IMG/VR virus record: IMGVR_UViG_3300018080_000112
Coordinates: 79,942 to 143,941 of that record
Length of the DNA stretch: 64,000 nt
Direction: 5' to 3' (one strand)
From: a virus
Part shown: positions 36,784 through 46,281 of the stretch, in pieces
Position numbering within the stretch: the stretch's first letter is position 1
Layout: the number at the start of each line of letters is the position of its first letter
Made by a program: the position numbers and the translations under genes
The notes under the pieces: model-generated
Databases searched by the model: none
What the model saw: only the letters and a program-made list of their open reading frames with translations
Told to the model about the DNA's origin: nothing

Positions 36784-38349
36784 CTATCCTGGAATGATGT
36801 TAAAACAGTTCTGTTCCTTATAGATCTTCAACCGAATCAAGGAATGTTTCGCCAGCGTTCTGTGTTGACCATCTGCAAAATCCACAAGGACAAGGTCATC
36901 ACCACGGAGACCACGCCCAAACCGCTGCAAGACTCCGATCACGGATTTACCAGCCGCTGCATTGATCACCACGTCAATATCCGGCAAATCAACACCTTGC
37001 TGGAAGATATCACTTGCCAACAAAACACGCAACTTTCCTTCTCTAAAAGAAGATAACGCTTCCTCTCGTTCCTCCAAGCTCGACTCACCATCCAACTTTG
37101 TATGAGCTATGAAGGTCTCTTCTTCATCCTTGTCTTTCTCGGTCCACAACATAGTGGAGAGACGATCCCCGTGGGGAATACTCTTAAACAACACAAGGAT
37201 CTTTTTCCCTTGCTCATAATAGTCCTGAACAAGGCGAGTAATACGGCGGTTTCGTGGCTCATACCAAACAATCCCGCGATCATACACATCATTCCAATTG
37301 CGGGGGTCACCGCCAGATGATCCGCCGATTTGAATGAGCATGATAGTTGCTTCTGGAATAACACCCGCCTCCACCATCTCTTTGTTTGTAGACCGGTGAA
37401 CAATGTCACCGAATCCAGCTATAACCTTGAGATTAGAAGCGTCCGGTCGGTCCAAGGGTGTACCACTCATACAGACCCGATAATACGACGGACAAGACAT
37501 GATGAGATTGTACGCTCCTTTTGCGGCGGACCCGTGACCTTCATCGAAAATGAACAGTTCAACCTTGTCCAGAAAAGCGAGCAAATCTTTGTGGTTCTGG
37601 TGAGCTTTTTTCTTGAGAATATTGGTCATTGTGGTAAGACCAGCCACCGTGATGAAACCCGTCCGGAAATCCCCCTCAACGCAATCTTGAACTGTCAATG
37701 AGTGCTCGTCTAGCCAAGGACCCAAACGGGTCTCAAAACGCTTCTTTGTCTGTTTAACGAGCGAATTTCCGTACACCACAAAGAGAGTCCGCATCCCCAT
37801 CCGACCAATCAGACCAGCCGCCGCCTCTGTCTTACCGCTTCCTGTCGCCGCCCACCAAATACCTGTACCAGGAACACGATAGGAGGAAACACGACCAACA
37901 CGCGCCGTTAGATGCTCCCGGTCTTCCTCAGAAAGAGTCAGCAAAGGGAAATCAACCGTATCCTCTACAGATCGCCGAATGGAAGCAACCATGTCCTCCT
38001 GATAATCACGCAACGCTTCAATACCTGAAAGAGTCTCTGTGGGGGGATATCGTGACTCTGGCTTGTCCCGGAGATCAATCACCACATACAGCGCCTTGAT
38101 CACATTCAGCGTTGACACAACATGGGGAACCAGACCCGTGGGGAAGATGAACTCTTTGTTGTAATCTTGACTCTGACCCAACCGCTCGTAACCATCCCAT
38201 TTTCCTCTGATATAGGCGTCTGTAAAAGCATAACCATCCTTACGGAAAGAGGTCGCCATCTTCAGCGCTTCATAAACGTGTGGTGGGAATTGTTGGCGAG
38301 GGGAGTGATAGATTCGACTATAGTGATTCAAGATGTCTATAATAAACAT
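36784..38349 (-). CDS. superfamily 2 DNA helicase (UvsW-like)
   Basis: LRDYQ, ATGSGKT, DEGH, SGT, GVDLP, QRFGRGLR. Confidence 0.9.
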   Translation of the reverse strand: MFIIDILNHYSRIYHSPRQQFPPHVYEALKMATSFRKDGYAFTDAYIRGKWDGYERLGQSQDYNKEFIFPTGLVPHVVSTLNVIKALYVVIDLRDKPESRYPPTETLSGIEALRDYQEDMVASIRRSVEDTVDFPLLTLSEEDREHLTARVGRVSSYRVPGTGIWWAATGSGKTEAAAGLIGRMGMRTLFVVYGNSLVKQTKKRFETRLGPWLDEHSLTVQDCVEGDFRTGFITVAGLTTMTNILKKKAHQNHKDLLAFLDKVELFIFDEGHGSAAKGAYNLIMSCPSYYRVCMSGTPLDRPDASNLKVIAGFGDIVHRSTNKEMVEAGVIPEATIMLIQIGGSSGGDPRNWNDVYDRGIVWYEPRNRRITRLVQDYYEQGKKILVLFKSIPHGDRLSTMLWTEKDKDEEETFIAHTKLDGESSLEEREEALSSFREGKLRVLLASDIFQQGVDLPDIDVVINAAAGKSVIGVLQRFGRGLRGDDLVLVDFADGQHRTLAKHSLIRLKIYKEQNCFNIIPG

Positions 38350-38369
38350 GTATCTCCTCGAATAAAGGA

Positions 38370-38432
38370 AAATTCAAGAGCCGGTGCGAAGATAACTTAT
38401 TAGTGGGGAGCAGCGCACCGACTCCTGAATTT
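38370..38432 (-). terminator. ~19-bp stem with ~25-nt loop and U-rich tail (terminator/attenuator/processing site)
   Basis: AAATTCAGGAGTCGGTGCG ... CGCACCGGCTCTTGAATTT; G-U pairs favour the minus strand. Confidence 0.55.
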
Positions 38433-38441
38433 TCGTGAACA

Positions 38442-39323
38442 TTACCAGTCAGATTCCTCTTCTCGCCGCCGCATGGACTCCTTCAACTTTTGCTTCTTTT
38501 CCTCTTTCGTCAAGCGACCTTTACGCGCCTTTTTCATTGAAGCTTTCGACTTCGCCTTGACCTCTTCCTGTGCTGGTGTGAGTTCCGGTTTGGGCTGAGC
38601 CGCCGGTTTCGGTGTAGGCTCTGGTGTCGGTTCTGGTTCTGGCTCTGACGCCAGACTGGTTGTGTGCTTCCTTGGCTTACCCACGGTCTTTGGTTTCGGC
38701 TTACCCGCCTTTGGTGCAGACGGCGGTGACACGGTGTGTCCCAATCCCGTCAAGATCTCTTCAAGACCCGCCACACTACTGATCTTCGGCATGTGAAGAT
38801 CTTCCGGCAACGGAAGCGAACCAGGTAACTCCGGAAGCGTCTCCGCCACATCTAACATCACATTGGCAAGAACACACTCTTCTGTGTACTTCTGGCGCAC
38901 CTTGCTCTGCGTCCGCAAGTCAAAAATCTCTGTGATATCTTCCTCTTTATCCGAATAGGAAGACACAATCGCAGATGTACCGTGAACGTTAGTCCAACCA
39001 GTCAGCAACGCAAACAGGTCTTTCTTGATATGTGACGCCAGCTTTACAACGGCAACCCACCACTCTGCAGACCACTTTTTCATCCCCTTGAAAGCAACTA
39101 TCTCCACCGGCTTGTGTGTCTTTAGTGCTTCTATTACCATTCGAGCTTGTTCGCTTCGTTCGTGCCCCTTAATAGAATTGATAGTGAACGCCAGATCCAT
39201 CTCCGGCAATTCATTCTCAACGCAAGCCTCCAAAATAAAGTGAGCTTGCGACATTAGGTTCTTGATTGCTTCTTCCTCATATTTTAACTGTGTCCTGATC
39301 ATTCCGTTTTCTCCTGCTCCCAT
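38442..39323 (-). CDS. hypothetical protein carrying the shared C-terminal tag (KKQKLKESMRRREEESDW)
   Basis: Directly downstream of promoter copy 9. Confidence 0.7.
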   Translation of the reverse strand: MGAGENGMIRTQLKYEEEAIKNLMSQAHFILEACVENELPEMDLAFTINSIKGHERSEQARMVIEALKTHKPVEIVAFKGMKKWSAEWWVAVVKLASHIKKDLFALLTGWTNVHGTSAIVSSYSDKEEDITEIFDLRTQSKVRQKYTEECVLANVMLDVAETLPELPGSLPLPEDLHMPKISSVAGLEEILTGLGHTVSPPSAPKAGKPKPKTVGKPRKHTTSLASEPEPEPTPEPTPKPAAQPKPELTPAQEEVKAKSKASMKKARKGRLTKEEKKQKLKESMRRREEESDW

Positions 39324-39342
39324 GATTCTTACCTCACAGTGT

Positions 39343-39372
39343 TAGAGACACACTTTTTTCCAAAAACACACC
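39343..39372 (-). promoter_or_regulatory. phage-specific promoter (copy 9)
   Basis: GGT GTGTTTTTGGAAAAAAG TGTGTCTCTA. Confidence 0.75.
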
Positions 39373-39506
39373 ACTAAACAACAAAAAAGTTTTAATGTCG
39401 TTGCCCCGTGGGTGATTCCAGACATTACGAAGGAACCACAAAAAAATGAGGGCAAGACTTTTTTCTGACTGTTGCGTTTTCAGAAATGAGGAAAATCAAA
39501 CATGAA

Positions 39507-39977
39507 TCAGAGGATAGACGAAAGGTCACACCGGATCGGTTCTGCGCCTTGCATCACCAAATTCAGACCATCATAATTGACCCGCAAAAGTCGCAACCGA
39601 TAATCATCCGGAACATGAATCGCCATAATTCGAGGGACGGTAGTCTTCACCTCTTTCACACCGGCGCTCTGAAGGATCTCTTTCTTCGGCATACGCCGAA
39701 CAAGGTCCTTCTCTTCCCGCCGAAACAGGATAAATATCTGCGTCAGCTTTCGTTGCGAAAAGAGTGCATGACACCGCTGAGCCAGCTTAATCATACAACC
39801 ATAGTTGCATGTACAAGTTCGCTCTTCCTCCAAACAAATCATCGCGGGAGTCTGGGGGTGGTCTTTTCGCCAGAGGAGATCTTCTGGCAAAATATCTTTG
39901 AGACCCACAAGTAACGTATGATTCTTTATGATGTGACAGGGGATTTGACCCAATTGGGCGACCTCAATTCGAGGCAT
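39507..39977 (-). CDS. hypothetical protein
   Basis: AAGGAGG RBS before ATG 39977. Confidence 0.6.
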   Translation of the reverse strand: MPRIEVAQLGQIPCHIIKNHTLLVGLKDILPEDLLWRKDHPQTPAMICLEEERTCTCNYGCMIKLAQRCHALFSQRKLTQIFILFRREEKDLVRRMPKKEILQSAGVKEVKTTVPRIMAIHVPDDYRLRLLRVNYDGLNLVMQGAEPIRCDLSSIL

Positions 39978-40010
39978 GATTTCCTCCTTGCAGACCTACC
40001 AAAAAGAAAG

Positions 40011-40023
40011 GTTAGGTCCTAAC
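40011..40023. repeat. 13-bp palindrome (copy 7)
   Basis: GTTAGGTCCTAAC, 15 nt after the tail-spike stop. Confidence 0.9.
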
Positions 40024-40038
40024 AATCAACCGAAAAGA

Positions 40039-42897
40039 TTACCGGTTGTAGAGATACACGTCATTGTCACTCAGACCATCATTCAAGTACAAACCGCCGA
40101 CAGAGCCAGACGGCGCGGGTAACGTAACCGCCGGAGTCGCGCCAGCTAACATCTCTCGCATACGTCCACCAGCGTTCCAGGAGCCGCCAGTGAGGTCGAA
40201 GATCGCAATTGACGGGAATCCTATCGGTGAAGTTGGACTGAACTTGTTCCCTGATACCATGTTCTCTGTTGCGTTTCTCATATCATAGTGGCGCTCTTCC
40301 GATGCTGAAGACCGATTTCCGAGAAGCGAACTCCCCGTCATGCTCTGGAGGTCATAGCCCGTCTTGTTGTTGCGACAGATGTTATTGACAATCGTCGCAT
40401 CCTCGCCATTGACCAATTGAAGACCGGTCTCTGTGTTTGTAGTGTAGTTCCCGCTGACCTTTGTTCCCCACGCACCCCGGATACTCATCCCGAATGACGT
40501 TGCAATTGAAGAAGAGACCCCTATCGCTTTATTGTTCTCAATTACCCCAGAACGACAATAACCACCTCCCGCAAGCGACCCCAAAAGATAGGACTGGATC
40601 ACATCTTCAACATAATTTCCAACGATGTTACAAGCCGCAAGGTCACGGAACCGGACCCCAATAGACTGATCAGAAGAAGGAACACCAGCGCTGTTGTTTT
40701 TCAGAAAACGATTATAAAGGAAGTTGAGTTGTGTCGCCGAACCTGGAACCCACATGCGAGCTTCCGCCGTGATCCCGATGCTGATCTCGTGTCGATTCGC
40801 AAAGTAAGCCCCCACAAAGGGATTATTGATCTTGACGCCGTATTCAGATGCAACCCCCACAATCCGATTATCCACGATAAAGGAATTGTTTAAGGACTCG
40901 AACGCAAGTATGCGCTCGTGATGTGACATCGTGTCATCAATACAATTGATTCGAGACGACTGAAAAACAGAGTTCTCAAAAGAATCAAAAGAGAGACCAC
41001 GACCGGCTGTGATGAACTGACAATTTTCAATTGTCCAGCCCACTGCGGACCCGAAATTTGCAGTCAGAATATCAGAAGCAACGTAACGACCGTCCACTTT
41101 GCAGTTGATGAATTGCACCGTGGTACAACTGGAAAAGTTCAACAACTTACCAACACCACGAATCGTCATATCACGGAAAGTGATGCTCGAACAACTAGAC
41201 AAGCTGAAGATCTTGTGCTCATCAATTGTAGTATCTGACAAGCCGTAATCAAGGATCGTATTGTCCAGACCTTCGCCCTGGAAAGTGAGACCATTCGCGC
41301 CAGAGATGGAGAACAACGTCAGAAGCGGAAGCATCGCATCAAAGGAATGCACACCTGTACGGAACAGAATGATGCCACCACCCCGCACAGAAACAACACG
41401 CTGGATCGCCGTGCTGATCTCTCCGAATTGCGTTGTATATGTTGTGGGTCCGTCACTCTGTGGAACATCTGCGCTGACAGCGTGTGACGCCGCAATCGGT
41501 CGCACCGTCAGAGCCGGTCCTTTCCCGCCAGAAATTCGATTGGTGATGTTTGTGAAAGTCACGCCGCTGTGAACATCAATACGACCCGCCAACACCTCAT
41601 CATCCAGAGCGTTCAACCCACGATAATCAGAGTTCGGTGTCGGTTTTCCTACCCAATTCGCTTGTCTGTGCTGGACAACACGACCTTGAGTGTTCGGCGC
41701 AAGACCTTCCTTCCACTCCGGATAATTGGACTGTTTGTTGAGATACAGCCGCGTGACGCCAGAAACATCTTCGGCGTCATTCCCCTTCACCTGTGCATAG
41801 AACCCACGCCAATTGTTGTTGTACACCTGGAAAGTAGTGTTGATAAGCTGGTCCGCTTCTGTGTTGAGATAAGCACCCGTCCAAGGCCAAGCGAGCAACT
41901 TGATATCCACCCATCGCCAGTCAGGATCAACCGCTGTAATCTCCCCAAAATGCCACTGACCAAAATCACCATCGCCGGTTGTATTGTTTTCGTTTGCGCC
42001 GTGTTTAATCTGACCAATGGCATGCGCCAAATGGTCATACGCTGACTTCCAGTCACGAACCCACAGGTCTGAAGAGGCGTCTCCCAGGACCTCATTGGTC
42101 GCGCCATACTCAAACAAGGGCAAGAGAGGTTCAAACATACGAGGTCGCTGGTCTGTGGTCTTACGACCAATCACCTTGACGTTTCCACTGTCATAGTGAC
42201 GAGCCTCGCCATAACCGACCTTGTTCACATACTGTTCTGTTCCCGCCGCCGTCACAACAGACACCAGGTCATTTCCATAGAGATCCACATCAGGATTTCC
42301 AGAAACAATCTGACCAGATGTGTTCGTTCGGATGCAGTGCAAGGGAAGGATGTATGTGTCGTTGTCACTGAAACGAGCGGGGGCATACCCAGAACTGGAC
42401 CGGAGTCCTACCGGATTGCTCCGCATAGGTTGCACAATTCTCCAGTACACTGTCTGGCGCGTGTAAACTTGCGGAATAGGAATCTCTTGTCCATCCGGCA
42501 ACGGGTCTGGATTGTCAACAGTTGAGTCCCAAAAAGCACGCTGGTCCGCATCACTGTTCAATGCATAGAATTCAACCTCAAGCCAGTACTCTGTTTGATT
42601 GGCTCCTAGCTTGACCCGCTGAGCGCTTGTTCCAGTTTGACCATTGATGAATTGACCATTCCAGTCATAACCGCGACCATTGAAGATATCGATCTGACCG
42701 ACCTGAGATCCCACTTGCGGCAAAATGCGCACGTCGAACCCGTCCAGCACACCGACACCTGTCACCAAACGAGCGAGATCCTTTTGGAGATTCGATGGAT
42801 ACTCACGAGTTGCATAATCAACATCCGGCTTATCCATGCGTTCGGCATTATGCCAAACTGGTCTTTTTGCTGTCATAACTGATTCTCCAACCGTCAA
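40039..42897 (-). CDS. tail spike / baseplate protein with right-handed beta-helix (pectin-lyase-like) domain
   Basis: AIQ...GGGIILFRTG, LTFQGEG, ITFRDMTIRG, repeated (I/V)xxN beta-helix turns. Confidence 0.75.
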   Translation of the reverse strand: MTVGESVMTAKRPVWHNAERMDKPDVDYATREYPSNLQKDLARLVTGVGVLDGFDVRILPQVGSQVGQIDIFNGRGYDWNGQFINGQTGTSAQRVKLGANQTEYWLEVEFYALNSDADQRAFWDSTVDNPDPLPDGQEIPIPQVYTRQTVYWRIVQPMRSNPVGLRSSSGYAPARFSDNDTYILPLHCIRTNTSGQIVSGNPDVDLYGNDLVSVVTAAGTEQYVNKVGYGEARHYDSGNVKVIGRKTTDQRPRMFEPLLPLFEYGATNEVLGDASSDLWVRDWKSAYDHLAHAIGQIKHGANENNTTGDGDFGQWHFGEITAVDPDWRWVDIKLLAWPWTGAYLNTEADQLINTTFQVYNNNWRGFYAQVKGNDAEDVSGVTRLYLNKQSNYPEWKEGLAPNTQGRVVQHRQANWVGKPTPNSDYRGLNALDDEVLAGRIDVHSGVTFTNITNRISGGKGPALTVRPIAASHAVSADVPQSDGPTTYTTQFGEISTAIQRVVSVRGGGIILFRTGVHSFDAMLPLLTLFSISGANGLTFQGEGLDNTILDYGLSDTTIDEHKIFSLSSCSSITFRDMTIRGVGKLLNFSSCTTVQFINCKVDGRYVASDILTANFGSAVGWTIENCQFITAGRGLSFDSFENSVFQSSRINCIDDTMSHHERILAFESLNNSFIVDNRIVGVASEYGVKINNPFVGAYFANRHEISIGITAEARMWVPGSATQLNFLYNRFLKNNSAGVPSSDQSIGVRFRDLAACNIVGNYVEDVIQSYLLGSLAGGGYCRSGVIENNKAIGVSSSIATSFGMSIRGAWGTKVSGNYTTNTETGLQLVNGEDATIVNNICRNNKTGYDLQSMTGSSLLGNRSSASEERHYDMRNATENMVSGNKFSPTSPIGFPSIAIFDLTGGSWNAGGRMREMLAGATPAVTLPAPSGSVGGLYLNDGLSDNDVYLYNR

Positions 42898-42913
42898 AAA
42901 TATTTAAAAGATC

Positions 42914-43591
42914 TCACTGATCTTTCGAGTTCGTTACCATTCGATGAAGGTCTTCAACAAAGGGCAAGTGATTCTCCAATGTACCACCTTCTATCTGGTC
43001 GATCCACCACTGGAGTTCTTTTTCCACAACATCCTTGAAAGGGAACATCCAATAATACCAGCGACCCACAAATTGCTTTGTGATCCACACTGGCGGTTTC
43101 ATCTTCTTTTCTGTTCCTTCGTTGTAGCGCCAATGGCTGATCGCCATTGTCATCCCGAAAGCTCGCATCTCGTACTTCTTTCGCCAGTACGCCGGGAGAG
43201 GCAACGCACACAACAAAAACAGAAGGGAGAACAACCAGCCTGCACTTCCCCAGATGGCTCCTAGCGCCAACAGACTCAACACAGCAAGGATCTGTGGAAA
43301 GAGATACAGAATTGCAAAGAGAGGACCCAACCGGCGCGAATCGTCCGCATGAATCATCTCATGGGGTAACACCTCCACAACCGTGTCATCTTCTTCGATC
43401 ATCGACTTCGGAAAATAGACGGTGGACCCGATTGTTGTGATGTATCCGGTCATGAACTCCGGGTTGAAAAAGAGAATCTTGTTGATGATTTTCATCAAAA
43501 GAGACTCTTCCTTCACCTTGACGTGAACCCCACGAAAACTCGCGTACTCCTCTATCTTCTCTCGCAACTCTGATATATTGCTCATCTTCAT
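42914..43591 (-). CDS. membrane-associated zincin-like metallopeptidase (HExxH)
   Basis: TTIGSTVYF, PHEMIH, two TM helices, downstream YEMRA third ligand. Confidence 0.65.
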   Translation of the reverse strand: MKMSNISELREKIEEYASFRGVHVKVKEESLLMKIINKILFFNPEFMTGYITTIGSTVYFPKSMIEEDDTVVEVLPHEMIHADDSRRLGPLFAILYLFPQILAVLSLLALGAIWGSAGWLFSLLFLLCALPLPAYWRKKYEMRAFGMTMAISHWRYNEGTEKKMKPPVWITKQFVGRWYYWMFPFKDVVEKELQWWIDQIEGGTLENHLPFVEDLHRMVTNSKDQ

Positions 43592-43605
43592 TCCTTTTGT
43601 TGTCG

Positions 43606-43618
43606 GTTAGGACCTAAC
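43606..43618. repeat. 13-bp palindrome (copy 8, extends to 15 bp), supplies the MTase TAG
   Basis: GGTTAGGACCTAACC. Confidence 0.9.
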
Positions 43619-45458
43619 CTTTCTCGCCATCGCTGTTCATGAAATCGAAAATAGAGGTTTGACCCTTTCCCTCTTTCTTGATCTTAGTCTCGATCATTTT
43701 TCGAGCTTTATCCAGCGATCCAAGCTGATCAAACTCAATTTGTTGTTTCGCCGCCTCGACTCGCTCTGTCGCAATCTCAATATAATCAGCGTTACACTCC
43801 ACACCGAGGAATCTGAATCCTTCCATCAACGCAGCAACACCTGTGGTTCCACTTCCTGTAAATGGGTCTAATACAACCCCCTCCGGCGGCGTCACCAAAC
43901 GAACCAGATAGCGCATAAGCTTGATCGGTTTGACTGTGGGGTGGATATTGGTTCTCTTTGTCTCTCCGCGTTGATACGGGGTGTCTATCGGTGTGCTTCG
44001 ACCATTGGTGACCTTTTTGCCATTTCGTTCCTCTAGCCCCTCCTCTTTCTCAGATCGGGACGCTTTCGGAATGTAGATGAACGGAGGAGCCGCTTCCAGG
44101 TTTAGAAAAAACCGCGCCGCTGTCCCCTCATCCTCATAACCTGTTCTCTCCACTGGTTTTGTGACCTTGCCACCCACATAACCATCGCTTTGCCAGCCAG
44201 CTTGACCGCCTTCGTGTCCTTTACTACTCCCGCTTTGTTCCCCGAGAAGACGAACAGGACACTGTGGAACACACACATAGTCCTTCACTTCCTCTTTGCC
44301 GTCGTTGCTTACTTGACCATCCGTGTACTGAACAGAGCCAATCCCGAACATAGAGGCGTCACCGTCTCCCTTTGACGCCTTACCACTCCCGTTTGAAGGC
44401 TTGACTCTCTTTGTTCCTTTGCAGATGCAGTCCGGGTGATGCGTCAGCAACAAGTGACTAGGCCAGCGACCCTTCAATTCTCCCTCTGTAGTCTGTCTAT
44501 ATGTTTCCTCAGAGGTTCTAACTTGCCAGCTTCCTTCGTCCTCGTACTTGATCACCGTCTTTGATTTGCGCCGCGCCGCCGCTGTGGATTGTTCTCCCTG
44601 AAAAGAGATCCGACAAGCGTCAATATTCACCGCGCCTGTTCCGAACTGGAGAACAGTTTCAGCAACCGACCCGATCAACGGTTTGCGAGCCAACCACCAA
44701 TCTTCTACTGATGGCTTGAGCGCGAGACCATATCCTTCATACGCTTGTGCTTCTGGTGTCGCCGGTCTCGTTATAAACGCTTCCACTTCATCTTCTTGTG
44801 GTTCTGCACGTCCGTAGTTGTCGCCCTTCATATCAAAGTGACGCCCGTCAAGATTCGGATTTGAGCCTACCACTTCTCGAAATGTTCCCGCTTCGCGTTC
44901 CAGGCGTTCACGAAGCTCATCATGGACCGAAAGAAGTTTCTTGACCGCTTCTTTGTCTCCTTCTTTCTTTGCGTCTTGCACGGCTCGCTTGGCGTCATAA
45001 AGAGCCTGTTTCTCTTCCCCGTGTTCCTTGAGCCACAGATGGAACATGTGTTTGTCTATCGCCTTCGACACATCCATGTTTTTCGGGAATCCTGAACCCA
45101 CGACGTGCGCAATTCGGTCCCTGATCTCAAAACCAGCAGACTCGATAGCCCACGCAGTCCAATGGCTTGTTCGCGGAATAGCCCAACACAACATGTGTCC
45201 ACCGGGCTTGAGAACACGCAAGCAAGCGGTCATCACGTCCGTCATCCACGAGACCCACGCATCCCGACCACCCTTGTCCGTATCCCAATCTTTGTTCATG
45301 AATGCGATACCAGACGGCTACGGAGGGTCAGTCACGATTGCATCGCATGTGTTGTCCGGCAATTCCCGCAACACATCCAGGCAATCTCCCAGACGAAGCT
45401 GATATGACTCTTCGCCTAGAATTGACTGACCCAATTCTCCTTTTATTTGTTTACCCAC
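43614..45458 (-). pseudogene. beta-class N6A/N4C DNA methyltransferase with in-frame TAG (45318-45320) right after the catalytic DPP; pseudogene or recoded
   Basis: GTG 45458 with GGGGAG RBS; GDCLDVLRELPDNTCDAIVTDPP*PSGIAFMNKDWD in frame with ORF 43614..45299; HPTVKP, DPFTGSGTTG. Confidence 0.8.
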
Positions 45459-45540
45459 GGATTACTCCCCTTGACACTCCTCGTCCCATCTCATATTCAT
45501 AAAACATAAGAAACCATTTTCGCAACACAAAGGAAAAAAA

Positions 45541-46281
45541 ATGGGAAAGAAAATAGAACGGACCTGTCCTATTTGTAAAAAAACATACACAGCCGACGAG
45601 ACACGCCTCAAACACGGAAGAAATATAACATGCAGTTACTCTTGCGGAAGAAAACAAACACAGCAAAAAACAACCAAAAAAGTAAAACTTACGTGCCCTG
45701 TTTGCAATTCCACTTTTGAAAGGTCTCCCGGACATATCAAGAAAAACAAACATTCGTTCTGTTCCAGGGACTGTCAATACAAAGCAAGAACGATGGGAAT
45801 ATCCAAAAGAACCATAACCAAACCGTACACGTACACCCCCGAAAGCAAACAAGCTATGTTGGAAGCGTCCAGAAAACCAAAGGGGAAAAGAAAACACCAC
45901 TGGATGATTTGCACAAACTGCGGCAAACGATTCGATGACCCCTCTTACGGAAGAAAACGAAAAAGCGGACAGACGTTCTGTTCTTTGGATTGTTGTAATG
46001 AGTTCAGAACAGGAGAAAACAACCCCGCATGGCGCGGCGGTCACCCCGCTTATTATGGAAAAAAGTGGAAACGCTTGCGAAGAGAAACAAGGAAGCGAGA
46101 TCAAAACACATGCAGACGTTGTGGTATTCTTAGTAAATCCAGAAACCACGACGTGCATCACATTAAGCCCGTATCTTCCTTCGAGGACCCAGATGACGCA
46201 AATTACTTGGACAACCTGATTACTCTTTGTCATCCTTGTCATCAGCTTGTGGAATGGAAAGGATTGGACTTCGACATTTGA
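45541..46281 (+). CDS. HNH homing endonuclease with three zinc ribbons
   Basis: CPIC/CSYSC, CPVC/CSRDC, CTNC/CSLDC, GENNPAWRGG, RDQNTCRRCG..VHHIKP..N...NLITLCHPCH; TTGACA-N17-TATTCA upstream. Confidence 0.9.
   Translation: MGKKIERTCPICKKTYTADETRLKHGRNITCSYSCGRKQTQQKTTKKVKLTCPVCNSTFERSPGHIKKNKHSFCSRDCQYKARTMGISKRTITKPYTYTPESKQAMLEASRKPKGKRKHHWMICTNCGKRFDDPSYGRKRKSGQTFCSLDCCNEFRTGENNPAWRGGHPAYYGKKWKRLRRETRKRDQNTCRRCGILSKSRNHDVHHIKPVSSFEDPDDANYLDNLITLCHPCHQLVEWKGLDFDI

Noticed and set aside
45318-45320. Genome-wide TAG reassignment (alternative genetic code)
   Set aside because: Other conserved genes have no internal TAG, and recA, helicase and others end at TAG at sensible positions.
45451-46278. 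313-aa minus-strand ORF as a genuine full-length protein
   Set aside because: Beyond residue 38 it is the antisense of the HNH gene; only the N-terminal MTase fragment is homologous to anything.
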